DNA from: Paracoccaceae bacterium
GTDB lineage: Bacteria > Pseudomonadota > Alphaproteobacteria > Rhodobacterales > Rhodobacteraceae
NCBI GenBank assembly: GCA_041397065.1
Contig: JAWKXG010000012.1
Location: 267 to 64,266, forward strand
Length of the DNA stretch: 64,000 nt
Direction: 5' to 3'
Part shown: piece by piece, positions 9,091-18,751 of the stretch
Layout of the letters: every line of letters begins with the position of its first letter
Position numbering within the stretch: position 1 is the stretch's first letter
Notes under the pieces: model-generated
Databases searched by the model: none
The model's input: only the letters and a program-made list of their open reading frames with translations
What the model was told of the DNA's origin: nothing
Made by a program: the position numbers and the translations under genes

Positions 9091-10584
9091 CTAGGCTTTC
9101 GCATCGCGATTTCCAGACCTGGCCTTGGGGGCCCCATCGCGCGGGCCTGCAAACAAGGCCTCCATTTCGGCCCGGACATGGGCAATCTCGTCGGGGTCGG
9201 CGAATTGTTCGGCGGCTTGCTGATACAGATAGAACTGACGCCGCGTCGCATCGTGCCGGCCTTGCGCGGCGAAGCAGCGCATCACCTCGATGTGCGCGTT
9301 TGCATTTGCGGGGTCGAGGCGGACAGCTTCTTGCGCTTGTTCCTGAGCCTCGCGCGGGCGGCCCATGGCGAGCAGCGCGCGCGCGTGGTCGTAATGCAGC
9401 TTGACCGCCATGTCGTGCAGCCAGATCCGACGGGGCATGCACCAATCGTGGAACTCGGATTGCACGTATTCGACGGGCAGATCAGCAAACAGATCACCCT
9501 GATAGAGCCGCTCTGCCGCTTCGTAGACCCGGATCGCGGCGCGGTGATCGCGGTGCCGCAACAGCGACAGGCCGCGTCGGCACAGTTGTTCGAAAGCCTG
9601 AATGTCGATCCAGCTGCCCTCGGGGATGTTCAGACGATAGGATTCGCCCGATCGCAGGATCGTGTCGGACCCGCCCAGCGACTTGCGCAGCATGGCCAGA
9701 GTATGACGCAGGCGCGCGCGCTTGGCCTCTTCGGATTCGGCATCGGGCCACAGGAATTCGCCCAGCGTATCGGTATGGCAGCCTTTGTCACCATGCGTCA
9801 GAAGATAGGCGAAAAGCGCGCGCGATTTCTTTGGGGCGGCCCCGGCGATAGCCCAGTCGACGGGCGCGTTTCCGGCCACGAAGACCCGCAGCGACCCAAG
9901 GCAGTGGATATGCCAGCGCTGCGCCGAGGTCGGTCGCGCCAGTCCTTGTCGCGCGCCCGGCACCCAGTTGGGTGTCGCGCCCCGGGCCAGCGCCGGGTTG
10001 TGCCGGCGGCTGAAGGCGCGGCCGGCCATCTCGGGCACGATCCGACCCAGAAGAAAGCCGTATTGTTCCTCGACCGTGGCGGTGGCGATCAGTGCCGGCG
10101 GCAGCCAGTGGGGGTTTTCGTGCAGCCCTGAGGGCGAAGCGAAATAGCGATGCGACCGAAATGCCGCGGCAAGCTGGTCTTCGACCAGCGTTTCAGTGTC
10201 ATATAACGAGATGACGGCGATCTGCCGCGATTGGACGAAGTTTTCGACGATGCTGCCCCATCGTTCAATCATCGCAGCGCCCCAGACCACGTTCAACGAC
10301 CAACCCATGTCGACGATCAGACAGGCCATGCCCGGATTTTCCGCTGCGTGGCGGTGCAGGTCTGCAAGGATCGTGTCGCTGGCCGCCTCGGGCGAGTCGG
10401 GCAGTGACGCGGCGAAGGGCAGGCGCACGGCGTCGATCCCGGGCCATTGCGACGCGTCGGGCGACATCAAGAAGAACCCGCCCCGATCCTGCCATGCTGA
10501 CAGCGATGCGTCGATGAAGGCCGTATCGGCAAAGCTGGCAAACAAGGCTGCGTTGGTGCCGTCGGAATCGGGAGGGGCGAGCAT
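9091..10584 (-). CDS. MEDS-sensor / winged-helix / BTAD (SARP-like) transcriptional regulator, paralog 1
   Basis: Same architecture as 7597-9081 (VDMGW, ISLYD, HENPHWLPP, IHCLGSLRV, LYQGDLF). Likely start is MLAPPDS at 10584; the ORF-track extension overlaps the GMC gene. Confidence 0.75.
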   Translation of the reverse strand: MLAPPDSDGTNAALFASFADTAFIDASLSAWQDRGGFFLMSPDASQWPGIDAVRLPFAASLPDSPEAASDTILADLHRHAAENPGMACLIVDMGWSLNVVWGAAMIERWGSIVENFVQSRQIAVISLYDTETLVEDQLAAAFRSHRYFASPSGLHENPHWLPPALIATATVEEQYGFLLGRIVPEMAGRAFSRRHNPALARGATPNWVPGARQGLARPTSAQRWHIHCLGSLRVFVAGNAPVDWAIAGAAPKKSRALFAYLLTHGDKGCHTDTLGEFLWPDAESEEAKRARLRHTLAMLRKSLGGSDTILRSGESYRLNIPEGSWIDIQAFEQLCRRGLSLLRHRDHRAAIRVYEAAERLYQGDLFADLPVEYVQSEFHDWCMPRRIWLHDMAVKLHYDHARALLAMGRPREAQEQAQEAVRLDPANANAHIEVMRCFAAQGRHDATRRQFYLYQQAAEQFADPDEIAHVRAEMEALFAGPRDGAPKARSGNRDAKA

Positions 10585-10617
10585 GGCGCGGCTTTCGGAT
10601 CTTGTCGGGGCTACCCT

Positions 10618-10650
10618 ACCAAACATAAACCAAACGAAGAAGGCTAGCGT
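10618..10650 (+). promoter_or_regulatory. SARP-type heptamer direct repeat ACCAAAC-N4-ACCAAAC followed by a candidate -10 (TAGCGT)
   Basis: Heptamers at 10618-10624 and 10629-10635 (11-bp period); TAnnnT hexamer at 10645-10650 upstream of the GMC gene. Confidence 0.5.
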
Positions 10651-10692
10651 GATTGTCGGGCGCGATGGTGCCACGCATCCGGGGGAGAGGGC

Positions 10693-12291
10693 ATGGGGCA
10701 GTATTTCGACTATGTGATCGTCGGCGCAGGGTCGGCGGGTGCCGTCTTGGCGAACCGTCTCAGCGCCGATCCGCGTATCCGTGTCTGTTTGCTCGAAGCC
10801 GGGCGGCGCGATACCAGCCCGCTGATCTCGACCCCGCTGGGGGTGGCGGTGCTGCCCAAGGACCCGCGCCATACTTGGGGCTATGTTTCGACCCCGCAAG
10901 CGGGGCTGGATGCGCGCAGCGTCACCATCCCGCGCGGCAAGGTTCTGGGGGGATCGTCGGCGATCAACGGGATGATCTATATCCGTGGGCATCGCGCGGA
11001 TTATGACGATTGGGCCGCGCAGGGCTGCACGGGTTGGGATTATGAATCTGTCCTGCCCTATTTCCGGCGGTCCGAGGACAACACGCGTGACGGGATCGAC
11101 CCCCATTTGCACGGGCAGGGCGGGCCGTTGTCGGTTTCGGACCAAGTCGCCAGCAACCCGACGGATCACGATTTCATCGCCGCGGCCCAGCAGTTGCAGA
11201 TCCGGGCCTGCGCCGATTTCAACGCCCCAGAGCCCGAAGGCGTCGGCATCTATCAGGTCACGCAGAAAGATGGCCGCCGGCATTCGACGGGCGCGGCCTT
11301 CCTGTCGCCGGTGCGCGGGCGGCCCAACCTTGCGATCCTGACGGGCGCCGATGTCCAGCGGATCGAAATCGACGGCCACCGTGCCAGTGGCGTGACCTAC
11401 CGCGATGCCGAGGGGCGGGAAGAAACCGTGCACGCGCGGGCCGAGGTGGTTCTGGCGGCAGGGGCGATCGGCTCGCCGGATATCCTGCTGCGCTCAGGGA
11501 TCGGCCCTGCGGCGATGATCCGCGGATTTGGCGGCGCGGTTGTTCACGATCTGCCGGGCGTCGGGCAGAACCTTCAGGACCACGCCGACGTGATGATCAT
11601 CACGCGCAGCCGATCGCGCACACCTTGGGGTGTATCAGTTCCGACCCTGCCTGCACGGGCGCTGGATCTGGTGAATTATCTGGTGCGTCGCCGCGGGATG
11701 TTCGCATCGAACATGGTCGAGGCGGGCGGTTTCGTGCGCAGCCAGCCACAAGAGCCGCGCCCGGACCTGCAGTTTCACTTCATCCCCGGCCGCAAGAGCC
11801 ACCGTGGCCGCGTTGCCGAATGGGGGCACGGGGTCTCGTTGCACACCTGCATCCTGCGCCCCGACAGCCGGGGCAGTGTATCGCGTTCGCGCCCCGATGG
11901 CGCGCCAGACATCGACCTGGGTCTTCTGCAGGCCGAAACCGATGTCGAACGCTTGCTGCGCGGCGTCAAACTGGCGCGCGAGATCCTGTCGCAGGAACCG
12001 ATGGCACGGTTGGGCCTTACCGAGATTCTGCCGGGCGATGACGTGCGCGACGACGACGGGTTGCGGGCGTTCATCCGGGCGCAAACGCGCACGGTTTATC
12101 ACCCTGTCGGAACCTGTCGCATGGGGCAGGGGCCTGATGCGGTCGTGGATGCGCGGCTGAAGGTGCACGGGATCGCCGGGTTGCGGGTGGCAGATGCCTC
12201 GATCATGCCAACCATCGTCAGCGGTAACACTAACGCCCCTGCTATCATGATCGGCGAAAAAGCCGCCGACATGATCCTCGCCGATCGCTGA
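10693..12291 (+). CDS. GMC family oxidoreductase (choline/alcohol dehydrogenase-like)
   Basis: GAGSAG FAD motif, [26 protein letters not shown] and SGNTNAP motifs. Confidence 0.93.
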   Translation: MGQYFDYVIVGAGSAGAVLANRLSADPRIRVCLLEAGRRDTSPLISTPLGVAVLPKDPRHTWGYVSTPQAGLDARSVTIPRGKVLGGSSAINGMIYIRGHRADYDDWAAQGCTGWDYESVLPYFRRSEDNTRDGIDPHLHGQGGPLSVSDQVASNPTDHDFIAAAQQLQIRACADFNAPEPEGVGIYQVTQKDGRRHSTGAAFLSPVRGRPNLAILTGADVQRIEIDGHRASGVTYRDAEGREETVHARAEVVLAAGAIGSPDILLRSGIGPAAMIRGFGGAVVHDLPGVGQNLQDHADVMIITRSRSRTPWGVSVPTLPARALDLVNYLVRRRGMFASNMVEAGGFVRSQPQEPRPDLQFHFIPGRKSHRGRVAEWGHGVSLHTCILRPDSRGSVSRSRPDGAPDIDLGLLQAETDVERLLRGVKLAREILSQEPMARLGLTEILPGDDVRDDDGLRAFIRAQTRTVYHPVGTCRMGQGPDAVVDARLKVHGIAGLRVADASIMPTIVSGNTNAPAIMIGEKAADMILADR

Positions 12292-12366
12292 TCCTTGCCG
12301 CCTTACGCGTTGCCGCCTGTGGCTTGGCTGGCTAGTGTCGGGGGCTGAACACAGGGGGGCGGTTAA

Positions 12367-14019
12367 ATGAGGGCATCGGTCGACGTGGTCATTGCCGGGG
12401 GCGGGCCCTGCGGGCTGATGCTGGCGATCGAACTGGGGCGACGCGGTCACAGCGTCGTCCTTGTCGACCAGAAGGAAACCACGGCCTTCAACCCGCAAGC
12501 CAACGCGACGCAGGCCCGGACGATGGAACTGTTCCGCCGGCTGGGCTTTGCCAACGAGATCCGCGCGCTGGGTCTGCCTGCCGATTATCCTACCGACATC
12601 GCCTATTTCACCCGATATGCGGGCCATGAACTGGCGCGGTTTCGCCTGCCGTCGGCGGCAAAAGCCCGCGATCTGGTCGCGCGCAATTCGGGTTCGTGGA
12701 CGGCAGCCGAGGCGCCGCATCGGATCAGCCAGAAATACGTCGAGCCCGTCTTGCTGCGCCACGCTCAGGCCGCGGGCGATGTCGATATCCGCTTTGGCTG
12801 GTCGTTGACCGCGTTCGACGATACTGGCGAACACGTTGATTGCAGCTTGTCCGCCGTCGCGGGCGGCGATGCGCTGGATGTGCGCGCGCGCTACCTTGTC
12901 GGGGCAGACGGTGCCCGCAGTTTCGTACGCCGTAGTCTCGGAATCGCGTATGAAGGCGAATATGGCCAAAGCCGCCCGTTCATGGGTGGACGCATGTATG
13001 CCGTGTATCTGCGTTGCCCGGATTTCTACCGCGCCACTGGTGTTTCCCCGGCATGGATGCACTGGACCTTCAACACCGAAAGACGCGCCTTCATGGCCGC
13101 GGTCGATGGCAAGGGCGAGTTTGCCTTTCACACCCAGTTGGCCGAAGGCGAGGACGAGGCGACGCTGACCGACGAGGATGCGCGCGGCTTCTTCCGGCTC
13201 TCCTGTGGCATCGATATCGACTGCGAAATCCTGTCTCATCGGGGGTGGACGGCGGGGCATGCACTGGTCGCCGGCTCTTTTCGCAAGGGGCGGGTGCTCA
13301 TCGCCGGCGACGCTGCCCATCTGTTCACGCCGACCGGGGGGTTGGGCTATAACACGGCGGTCGAAGATGCGGTGAATCTGGGCTGGAAGATCGCTGCGAC
13401 CCTGAAGGGGCAGGCGGGCCCCGCGCTGCTCGACAGTTACGAGCACGAGCGCCGGGCCTCGGCGCAGCGCAACACCGGCTATGCGCGGGGCTTTGCGGAT
13501 TCCATCGGCAATTATGTTCCAGCCCCGGGGATCGAGGAACCGGGTGACCGCGGGGCTGAACTGCGCCGCGTGGCCGGCGCCTATCTCGAGGATCACGCGC
13601 GTCGCGAGTTCAACATTCCCGGCATTACCTTCGGCACGCGCTACGACGGCTCGCCGGTGCTGCCCCCGGCCGATGCGCCCGTCCCGCTCGATGCATCGGA
13701 TCATTATCGCCAGACAGCGATACCGGGCGGGCGCGCGCCGCATTGGTGGCTGGGTGAGGGGGAGTCACTCTATGATCGCTTCAGCTTCGACTGGACCTTG
13801 CTGCGCCTTGGCCCCGATGCCCCGGCGGCCGACGCCCTGATGACCGAGGCGGCGGCGCGGGGCCTTGCGCTGACCGTTGCCGATCTTCCGGATCCGGCGC
13901 TGCGCGACCTTTACGAAGCGCCGCTCGCATTGATCCGGCCCGATCAGATCGTCGGCTGGCGGGGAACAGATGCCCCGGACCCCGCAGCCCTGTGGGACCT
14001 GTTGCTGGGACGGGGCTGA
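12367..14019 (+). CDS. FAD-dependent monooxygenase (PheA/TfdB-like aromatic hydroxylase family)
   Basis: GGGPCG, GADGARS, GDAAHLFTPTGGLGYNT motifs and C-terminal LIRPDQ. Confidence 0.9.
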   Translation: MRASVDVVIAGGGPCGLMLAIELGRRGHSVVLVDQKETTAFNPQANATQARTMELFRRLGFANEIRALGLPADYPTDIAYFTRYAGHELARFRLPSAAKARDLVARNSGSWTAAEAPHRISQKYVEPVLLRHAQAAGDVDIRFGWSLTAFDDTGEHVDCSLSAVAGGDALDVRARYLVGADGARSFVRRSLGIAYEGEYGQSRPFMGGRMYAVYLRCPDFYRATGVSPAWMHWTFNTERRAFMAAVDGKGEFAFHTQLAEGEDEATLTDEDARGFFRLSCGIDIDCEILSHRGWTAGHALVAGSFRKGRVLIAGDAAHLFTPTGGLGYNTAVEDAVNLGWKIAATLKGQAGPALLDSYEHERRASAQRNTGYARGFADSIGNYVPAPGIEEPGDRGAELRRVAGAYLEDHARREFNIPGITFGTRYDGSPVLPPADAPVPLDASDHYRQTAIPGGRAPHWWLGEGESLYDRFSFDWTLLRLGPDAPAADALMTEAAARGLALTVADLPDPALRDLYEAPLALIRPDQIVGWRGTDAPDPAALWDLLLGRG

Positions 14020-14124
14020 TCGTCACGCAACGTCACCACCGGGGCACCACGGGCGCGGCTTGCGCGGTTGGGGGTGCCTTCGTATCGTTTCAGGGTGCCC
14101 GCGCCACCCGTGACAGGATTGCCC

Positions 14125-15744
14125 ATGTGGACAGGACCGACGATCACCCCTGAAACGCCCTCGTTCGCCGCGAACCGCACCGCGATGCTGGATGCAGTGG
14201 CGATGCTTCGCGACCTCGAAGCGCGCACCGCGCAGGCTTCGGAACAGCGCCGCGACCGGTTCCGTGAACGTGGCCAGATCACCCCGCGCGGAAGGCTGGC
14301 GCGGCTGCTCGATCCCGGCCTGCCTTTCCTGCGGCTGCACAGTCTGGCCGGTTATCTGGCGGACAGTGACGACCCCGAGCGCACCCTGCCGGGATCGACC
14401 TTCGTCGGCGGCATCGGCTTTGTTTCCGGGGTGCGGTGCATGATCGTGGTCGATGACAGCGGGATCAATGCCGGGGCGCTCAGCCCGTTTGCCCTTCAGG
14501 CTGTTCTGTCGATGCAGGAAATGGCCCTGCGCCAGAAACTTCCCTTCGTGCATCTCGTGGAAAGCGCGGGCGCCAATCTGATGAATTACCGGGTCGAGGA
14601 TTGGGCGCTTGGCGGCGCGGTGTTTCGCAACCTCGCGCGGTTGTCCGCGGCGGGCCTGCCGACCATCGCGGTGCTGCATGGGCCATCGACGGCAGGCGGG
14701 GCCTATATGCCGGGGATGTCCGATTATGTCATCGCGGTGAAAAAGAACGGCATGGCGGCGCTGGCGGGTGCGGCACTGGTCGCCGCTGCCACGGGCGAGA
14801 AGACGACCGATGCGCAACTGGGCGGCGCCGAGATGCATGCCAGCGTCACCGGGCTTGTCGAATACCTCGCCGAGGATGACACCCACGCCATTGCCCTGAC
14901 GCGCGACCTTCTGGCGCGGCTTGACTGGAACCGGAACCGGGTCGCGCCCGCGCGCCCCGCCTTCGCCCCGCCGCGCCATGACCCGGACGAGATCGCAGGC
15001 GTGGTTCCCGCCGACCTCAAGACCCCGTATGACGCGCGCGAACTGGTCGCACGGATCGTCGATGATTCCTCCTTTCTGGAGTTCAAACCCGATTTCGGTC
15101 CGGGAACCCTGTGCCTGCAGGCGCGCATCCATGGCATTGCCGTGGGGATCTTGGCGAATAACGGGCCGATCGACCCCGCCGGGGCCAACAAGGCCACGCA
15201 TTTCATTCAGGCTTGCGATCAGGCGGGGACGCCGTTGGTGTTCCTGAACAACACGACCGGATATCTTGTTGGCACCGAGGTCGAGCGCGCCGGGATGATC
15301 AAGCACGGCTCCAAGATGATCCAGGCGGTGTCCAATGCCCGCGTGACCAAGATCACCCTTTATGTCGGCGCCAGCTTCGGCGCGGGCAACTATGGCATGT
15401 GCGGGGTCGCTTTCGAACCCGATTTTCTGTTCGCATGGCCCAATTCACGGTCCGGGGTCATGGGGGGTGAACAGGCCGCCGGCACCATGGGCCTTGTCGC
15501 GCGGGCTGCGGCCCGCCGACGCGGGGCCGAGGTGGATGAACAGAAACTGGCGCGTCAGGATGCCGCGATCCGGGCCCTGTTCGATGCCCAGGCCTCGCCG
15601 TTCTTCACCTCGGGGCGGGTGCTGGACCATGGCGTGATCGACCCGCGCGACAGCCGCAAGGTGATCGCGTTTTGCCTGCAAACCGCGCAGGAAGCCCGCG
15701 CGCGCGACCTCAGGCCTAACAGTTTTGGCGTGGCCCGCGCATGA
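14125..15744 (+). CDS. Acyl-CoA carboxylase carboxyltransferase subunit (geranyl-/methylcrotonyl-CoA carboxylase beta-like)
   Basis: VESAGANL, STAGGAYMPG, LGGAEMH and SFGAGNYGMCG motifs. Confidence 0.88.
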   Translation: MWTGPTITPETPSFAANRTAMLDAVAMLRDLEARTAQASEQRRDRFRERGQITPRGRLARLLDPGLPFLRLHSLAGYLADSDDPERTLPGSTFVGGIGFVSGVRCMIVVDDSGINAGALSPFALQAVLSMQEMALRQKLPFVHLVESAGANLMNYRVEDWALGGAVFRNLARLSAAGLPTIAVLHGPSTAGGAYMPGMSDYVIAVKKNGMAALAGAALVAAATGEKTTDAQLGGAEMHASVTGLVEYLAEDDTHAIALTRDLLARLDWNRNRVAPARPAFAPPRHDPDEIAGVVPADLKTPYDARELVARIVDDSSFLEFKPDFGPGTLCLQARIHGIAVGILANNGPIDPAGANKATHFIQACDQAGTPLVFLNNTTGYLVGTEVERAGMIKHGSKMIQAVSNARVTKITLYVGASFGAGNYGMCGVAFEPDFLFAWPNSRSGVMGGEQAAGTMGLVARAAARRRGAEVDEQKLARQDAAIRALFDAQASPFFTSGRVLDHGVIDPRDSRKVIAFCLQTAQEARARDLRPNSFGVARA

Positions 15745-15758
15745 CAGAGGGGGCGCAC

Positions 15759-17756
15759 ATGACGGATCGGTTCGATACGCTGCTGGTCGCCAATCGCGGC
15801 GAGATCGCCTGCCGGATCATCCGCACCGCGCAGGCACTGGGGCTGCGCTGTGTGGCGGTCCATTCCGACGCCGATGCCGGGGCACCGCATGTGCGCATGG
15901 CCGACGACGCCGTGCGCATCGGGGCGGGTCCGGTGAAGGACAGCTATCTGAATGCCGAAGCCATCCTTGCGGCGGCCCGGCAGTCGGGCGCGCAGGCGAT
16001 CCATCCGGGATACGGCTTCCTGTCCGAAAACGCGGACTTCGCCCGTGCGGTTGCGGCCGCCGGGTTGGTGTTTGTCGGCCCGCCCGCCTCGGCGATCGGG
16101 GCGATGGGCGACAAGGCTGCGGCCAAGCGCCTCATGATCGCCGCCGGGGTGCCCTGTGTTCCCGGGTATCAAGATGCCGCGCAGGACGACGCAACGCTGA
16201 TCGCGGCGGCGGATCGGATCGGATATCCCGTGATGGTCAAGGCATCCGCCGGGGGCGGAGGGCGCGGGATGCGTCTTGTCGAGACCCCTCAAGCCCTGCC
16301 CGAGGCCCTGACGCGCGCCCGGGATGAAGCCCGCAACGCCTTCGGCGACGACACGCTGATCCTTGAACGCGCGATGATCGATCCGCGTCATGTCGAGATC
16401 CAGATTTTCGCCGATGGCCATGGCAACGTCATTCATCTGGGCGAGCGTGATTGCTCGGTGCAGCGGCGGCATCAGAAGGTGGTCGAGGAAGCGCCGTGCC
16501 CTGTCATGACCGACGATCTGCGCCGCGCCATGGGGGCCGCCGCCGTCGCGGTGGCGCAGGCGGTGGGGTATGTCGGGGCGGGGACGGTCGAGTTCCTGCT
16601 GACGGATACCGGGCAGTTCTATTTCCTCGAGATGAACACGCGGCTTCAGGTCGAACACCCGGTGACCGAGGCGGTGACGGGCCTTGATCTGGTCGCGATG
16701 CAGATTGCCGTCGCCCAAGGCGAGGCATTGCCGCTGACGCAGGATGACCTGCGCCTGAACGGCCATGCTATCGAGGTGCGCCTGTATGCCGAAGACCCGG
16801 CCCATGATTTTCTGCCCGTCACCGGGCGGATCACGGGTTTTGCCGCGCCCGATCTGCCGGGGTTGCGGATCGACGCGGGCATTGCCACCGGGTTCGAGGT
16901 GTCGCCCTACTATGACCCCATGCTGGCCAAGGTGATTGCGTGGGGCCCCACGCGTGAAGCGGCGCGGCAAAAGCTTGTGGCGGGGCTGACGCAGACGGCC
17001 ATCCTTGGCCTGCCGACGAACGCCGCGTTCCTGCACGGCGTTGTGGCGCATCCGGTCTTTGCTGCCGGCGAGGCGACGACGGGCTTTTTGCGCGATCATG
17101 GCCCCTTTGCACAAGATGATGTCGCGTTGACGCGCAGGATGGCGATGGCGGCGGCGCTGTTGGTGCGCGACCAGACATTGCGGGCGATGGCGCTTGCCGG
17201 GTTTGAGGATGACGATTTGATCGGCTTTGCCTCGGATGGCGGGGTGCCGCGACCGGTGGATCTTGTCATCGACGAGCATCGGCATGCGCTGCGGGTGCGG
17301 ATCGATGGCCCTGCCGACTGGACCGTCGAGGGTGGTGATGACGCATCTACATGGCGCCACCGGGTGCATCTGCGCGATTGCGACGGGATGCGCGCACGGC
17401 TGATGGTCGATGATCGTGCCGAACATATCGCTTTTGCCTGCGACGGGGGCAGGATCGACCTGCAAGCGGGCACATGCACCCTGTCGGCCACGGTGGATCG
17501 ACCGTGGGAGGGGGCAGCCGGTGCGGCGGGGTCAGGCCGCGTTGTCGCGCCGATGCCGGGCGTTGTGGTGGCGCTGGATGTTGCGCCCGGCGACCGCGTC
17601 GCCCAAGGCCAGACGATCGCCGTCCTCGAAGCGATGAAGATGCAGCATCCCTTGCGCGCGGCCGTTGCCGGACAGGTGTCCGAACTTGCCACGCGCGTGG
17701 GGGCGCAATTGGCCTCAGGGGCCTTGGTCGCCGTGATCACGCCCGACGAACCCTGA
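15759..17756 (+). CDS. Acyl-CoA carboxylase biotin carboxylase/BCCP subunit (alpha)
   Basis: ANRGEIA, HPGYGFLSEN, EMNTRLQVEHPVTE motifs and the biotinylation motif EAMKM. Confidence 0.92.
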   Translation: MTDRFDTLLVANRGEIACRIIRTAQALGLRCVAVHSDADAGAPHVRMADDAVRIGAGPVKDSYLNAEAILAAARQSGAQAIHPGYGFLSENADFARAVAAAGLVFVGPPASAIGAMGDKAAAKRLMIAAGVPCVPGYQDAAQDDATLIAAADRIGYPVMVKASAGGGGRGMRLVETPQALPEALTRARDEARNAFGDDTLILERAMIDPRHVEIQIFADGHGNVIHLGERDCSVQRRHQKVVEEAPCPVMTDDLRRAMGAAAVAVAQAVGYVGAGTVEFLLTDTGQFYFLEMNTRLQVEHPVTEAVTGLDLVAMQIAVAQGEALPLTQDDLRLNGHAIEVRLYAEDPAHDFLPVTGRITGFAAPDLPGLRIDAGIATGFEVSPYYDPMLAKVIAWGPTREAARQKLVAGLTQTAILGLPTNAAFLHGVVAHPVFAAGEATTGFLRDHGPFAQDDVALTRRMAMAAALLVRDQTLRAMALAGFEDDDLIGFASDGGVPRPVDLVIDEHRHALRVRIDGPADWTVEGGDDASTWRHRVHLRDCDGMRARLMVDDRAEHIAFACDGGRIDLQAGTCTLSATVDRPWEGAAGAAGSGRVVAPMPGVVVALDVAPGDRVAQGQTIAVLEAMKMQHPLRAAVAGQVSELATRVGAQLASGALVAVITPDEP

Positions 17757-17775
17757 CGCCGCGAAAGGAAATCCC

Positions 17776-18639
17776 ATGGACAAGGCAATCCTGACCTGTG
17801 CGCTGAACGGGGTGCTGACCGACCCGACGCAGCACCCGGTGCCCGTTTCGCCCGAAGCCTGCGCTGCTTCGGCACGCGAGGCGATGGACGCCGGCGCGTC
17901 GATCATCCATATCCATTTCCGCCGCCAAGAGCCGGGCAAGGGCCATCTGCCAACATGGGACCCGGCCGTTGCGCGCAATGTGGTGGACGCCATCCGCGAT
18001 GCCTGCCCGGGGATCGTCATCAACCAGACGACCGGCGTCGTTGGCCCTGACTATGCCGGCCCGCTGGATGTCATCCGTGCCCTGCGCCCCGAAATCGCGG
18101 CCTGCAATGCCGGGTCGCTGAATTATCTCAAGCTCAAGGCCGATGGTAATTGGGCTTGGCCGCCGATGTTGTTCGACAACCTGCCGTCGAAGATCGCCGA
18201 TTTCCTCGACGTGATGGCCGAGACCGGAACCTTGCCCGAATTCGAATGCTTCGATACCGGCATCGTGCGGTCGGTGGAGATGTATCTGCGCAATGGCATG
18301 GCGCGCAGGGCGCAATACAATCTGGTCATGGGTGTTGCATCGGGAATGCCGGTCGACGCGCGCTTGCTTGAATTGCTGATGGATTACCTGAACCCCGGTT
18401 CCTTCTGGCAGGCGACACTGATCGGCCGGGCCGAGATTTGGCCCGTGCACCAGCGCGCCGCCGAGCTGGGCGGCATGTTGCGCACCGGGGTCGAAGACAC
18501 GTTCTATCTGCCGGACGGGGCCAAGACCCGGTCGAACGGTGCACTGGTCGAGGCCCTCGCACAATGCGCGCGACATGCGGGGCGGGCGATCGCCAGCCCG
18601 GCCGAAACGCGGGCACTTCTGGGGTTGCCGCTATCCTGA
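17776..18639 (+). CDS. Beta-keto acid cleavage enzyme (BKACE/DUF849, 3-keto-5-aminohexanoate cleavage family)
   Basis: TCALNG, IHIHFR (HxH), PEFECFD and RTGVED motifs. Confidence 0.88.
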   Translation: MDKAILTCALNGVLTDPTQHPVPVSPEACAASAREAMDAGASIIHIHFRRQEPGKGHLPTWDPAVARNVVDAIRDACPGIVINQTTGVVGPDYAGPLDVIRALRPEIAACNAGSLNYLKLKADGNWAWPPMLFDNLPSKIADFLDVMAETGTLPEFECFDTGIVRSVEMYLRNGMARRAQYNLVMGVASGMPVDARLLELLMDYLNPGSFWQATLIGRAEIWPVHQRAAELGGMLRTGVEDTFYLPDGAKTRSNGALVEALAQCARHAGRAIASPAETRALLGLPLS

Positions 18640-18751
18640 GGGTCGACAACCAGCGATCGGCGGAAAATCCTTTGGAATCCGGCGCGCAGATGGTCTAGTC
18701 ATGCCGGACGTTTCGAATTCCAGTTGCCTATGCGCCGGGACCGTTGACACG

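Noticed and set aside
10585-11433. N-terminal extension of the 780-aa ORF 9091-11433
   Set aside because: It overlaps the GMC gene on the opposite strand, and comparison with the 494-aa paralog supports a start at 10584.
11635-13743. 702-aa minus-strand ORF (likewise 15555-17465 and 47936-49558)
   Set aside because: Antisense shadows of clearly recognisable enzymes.
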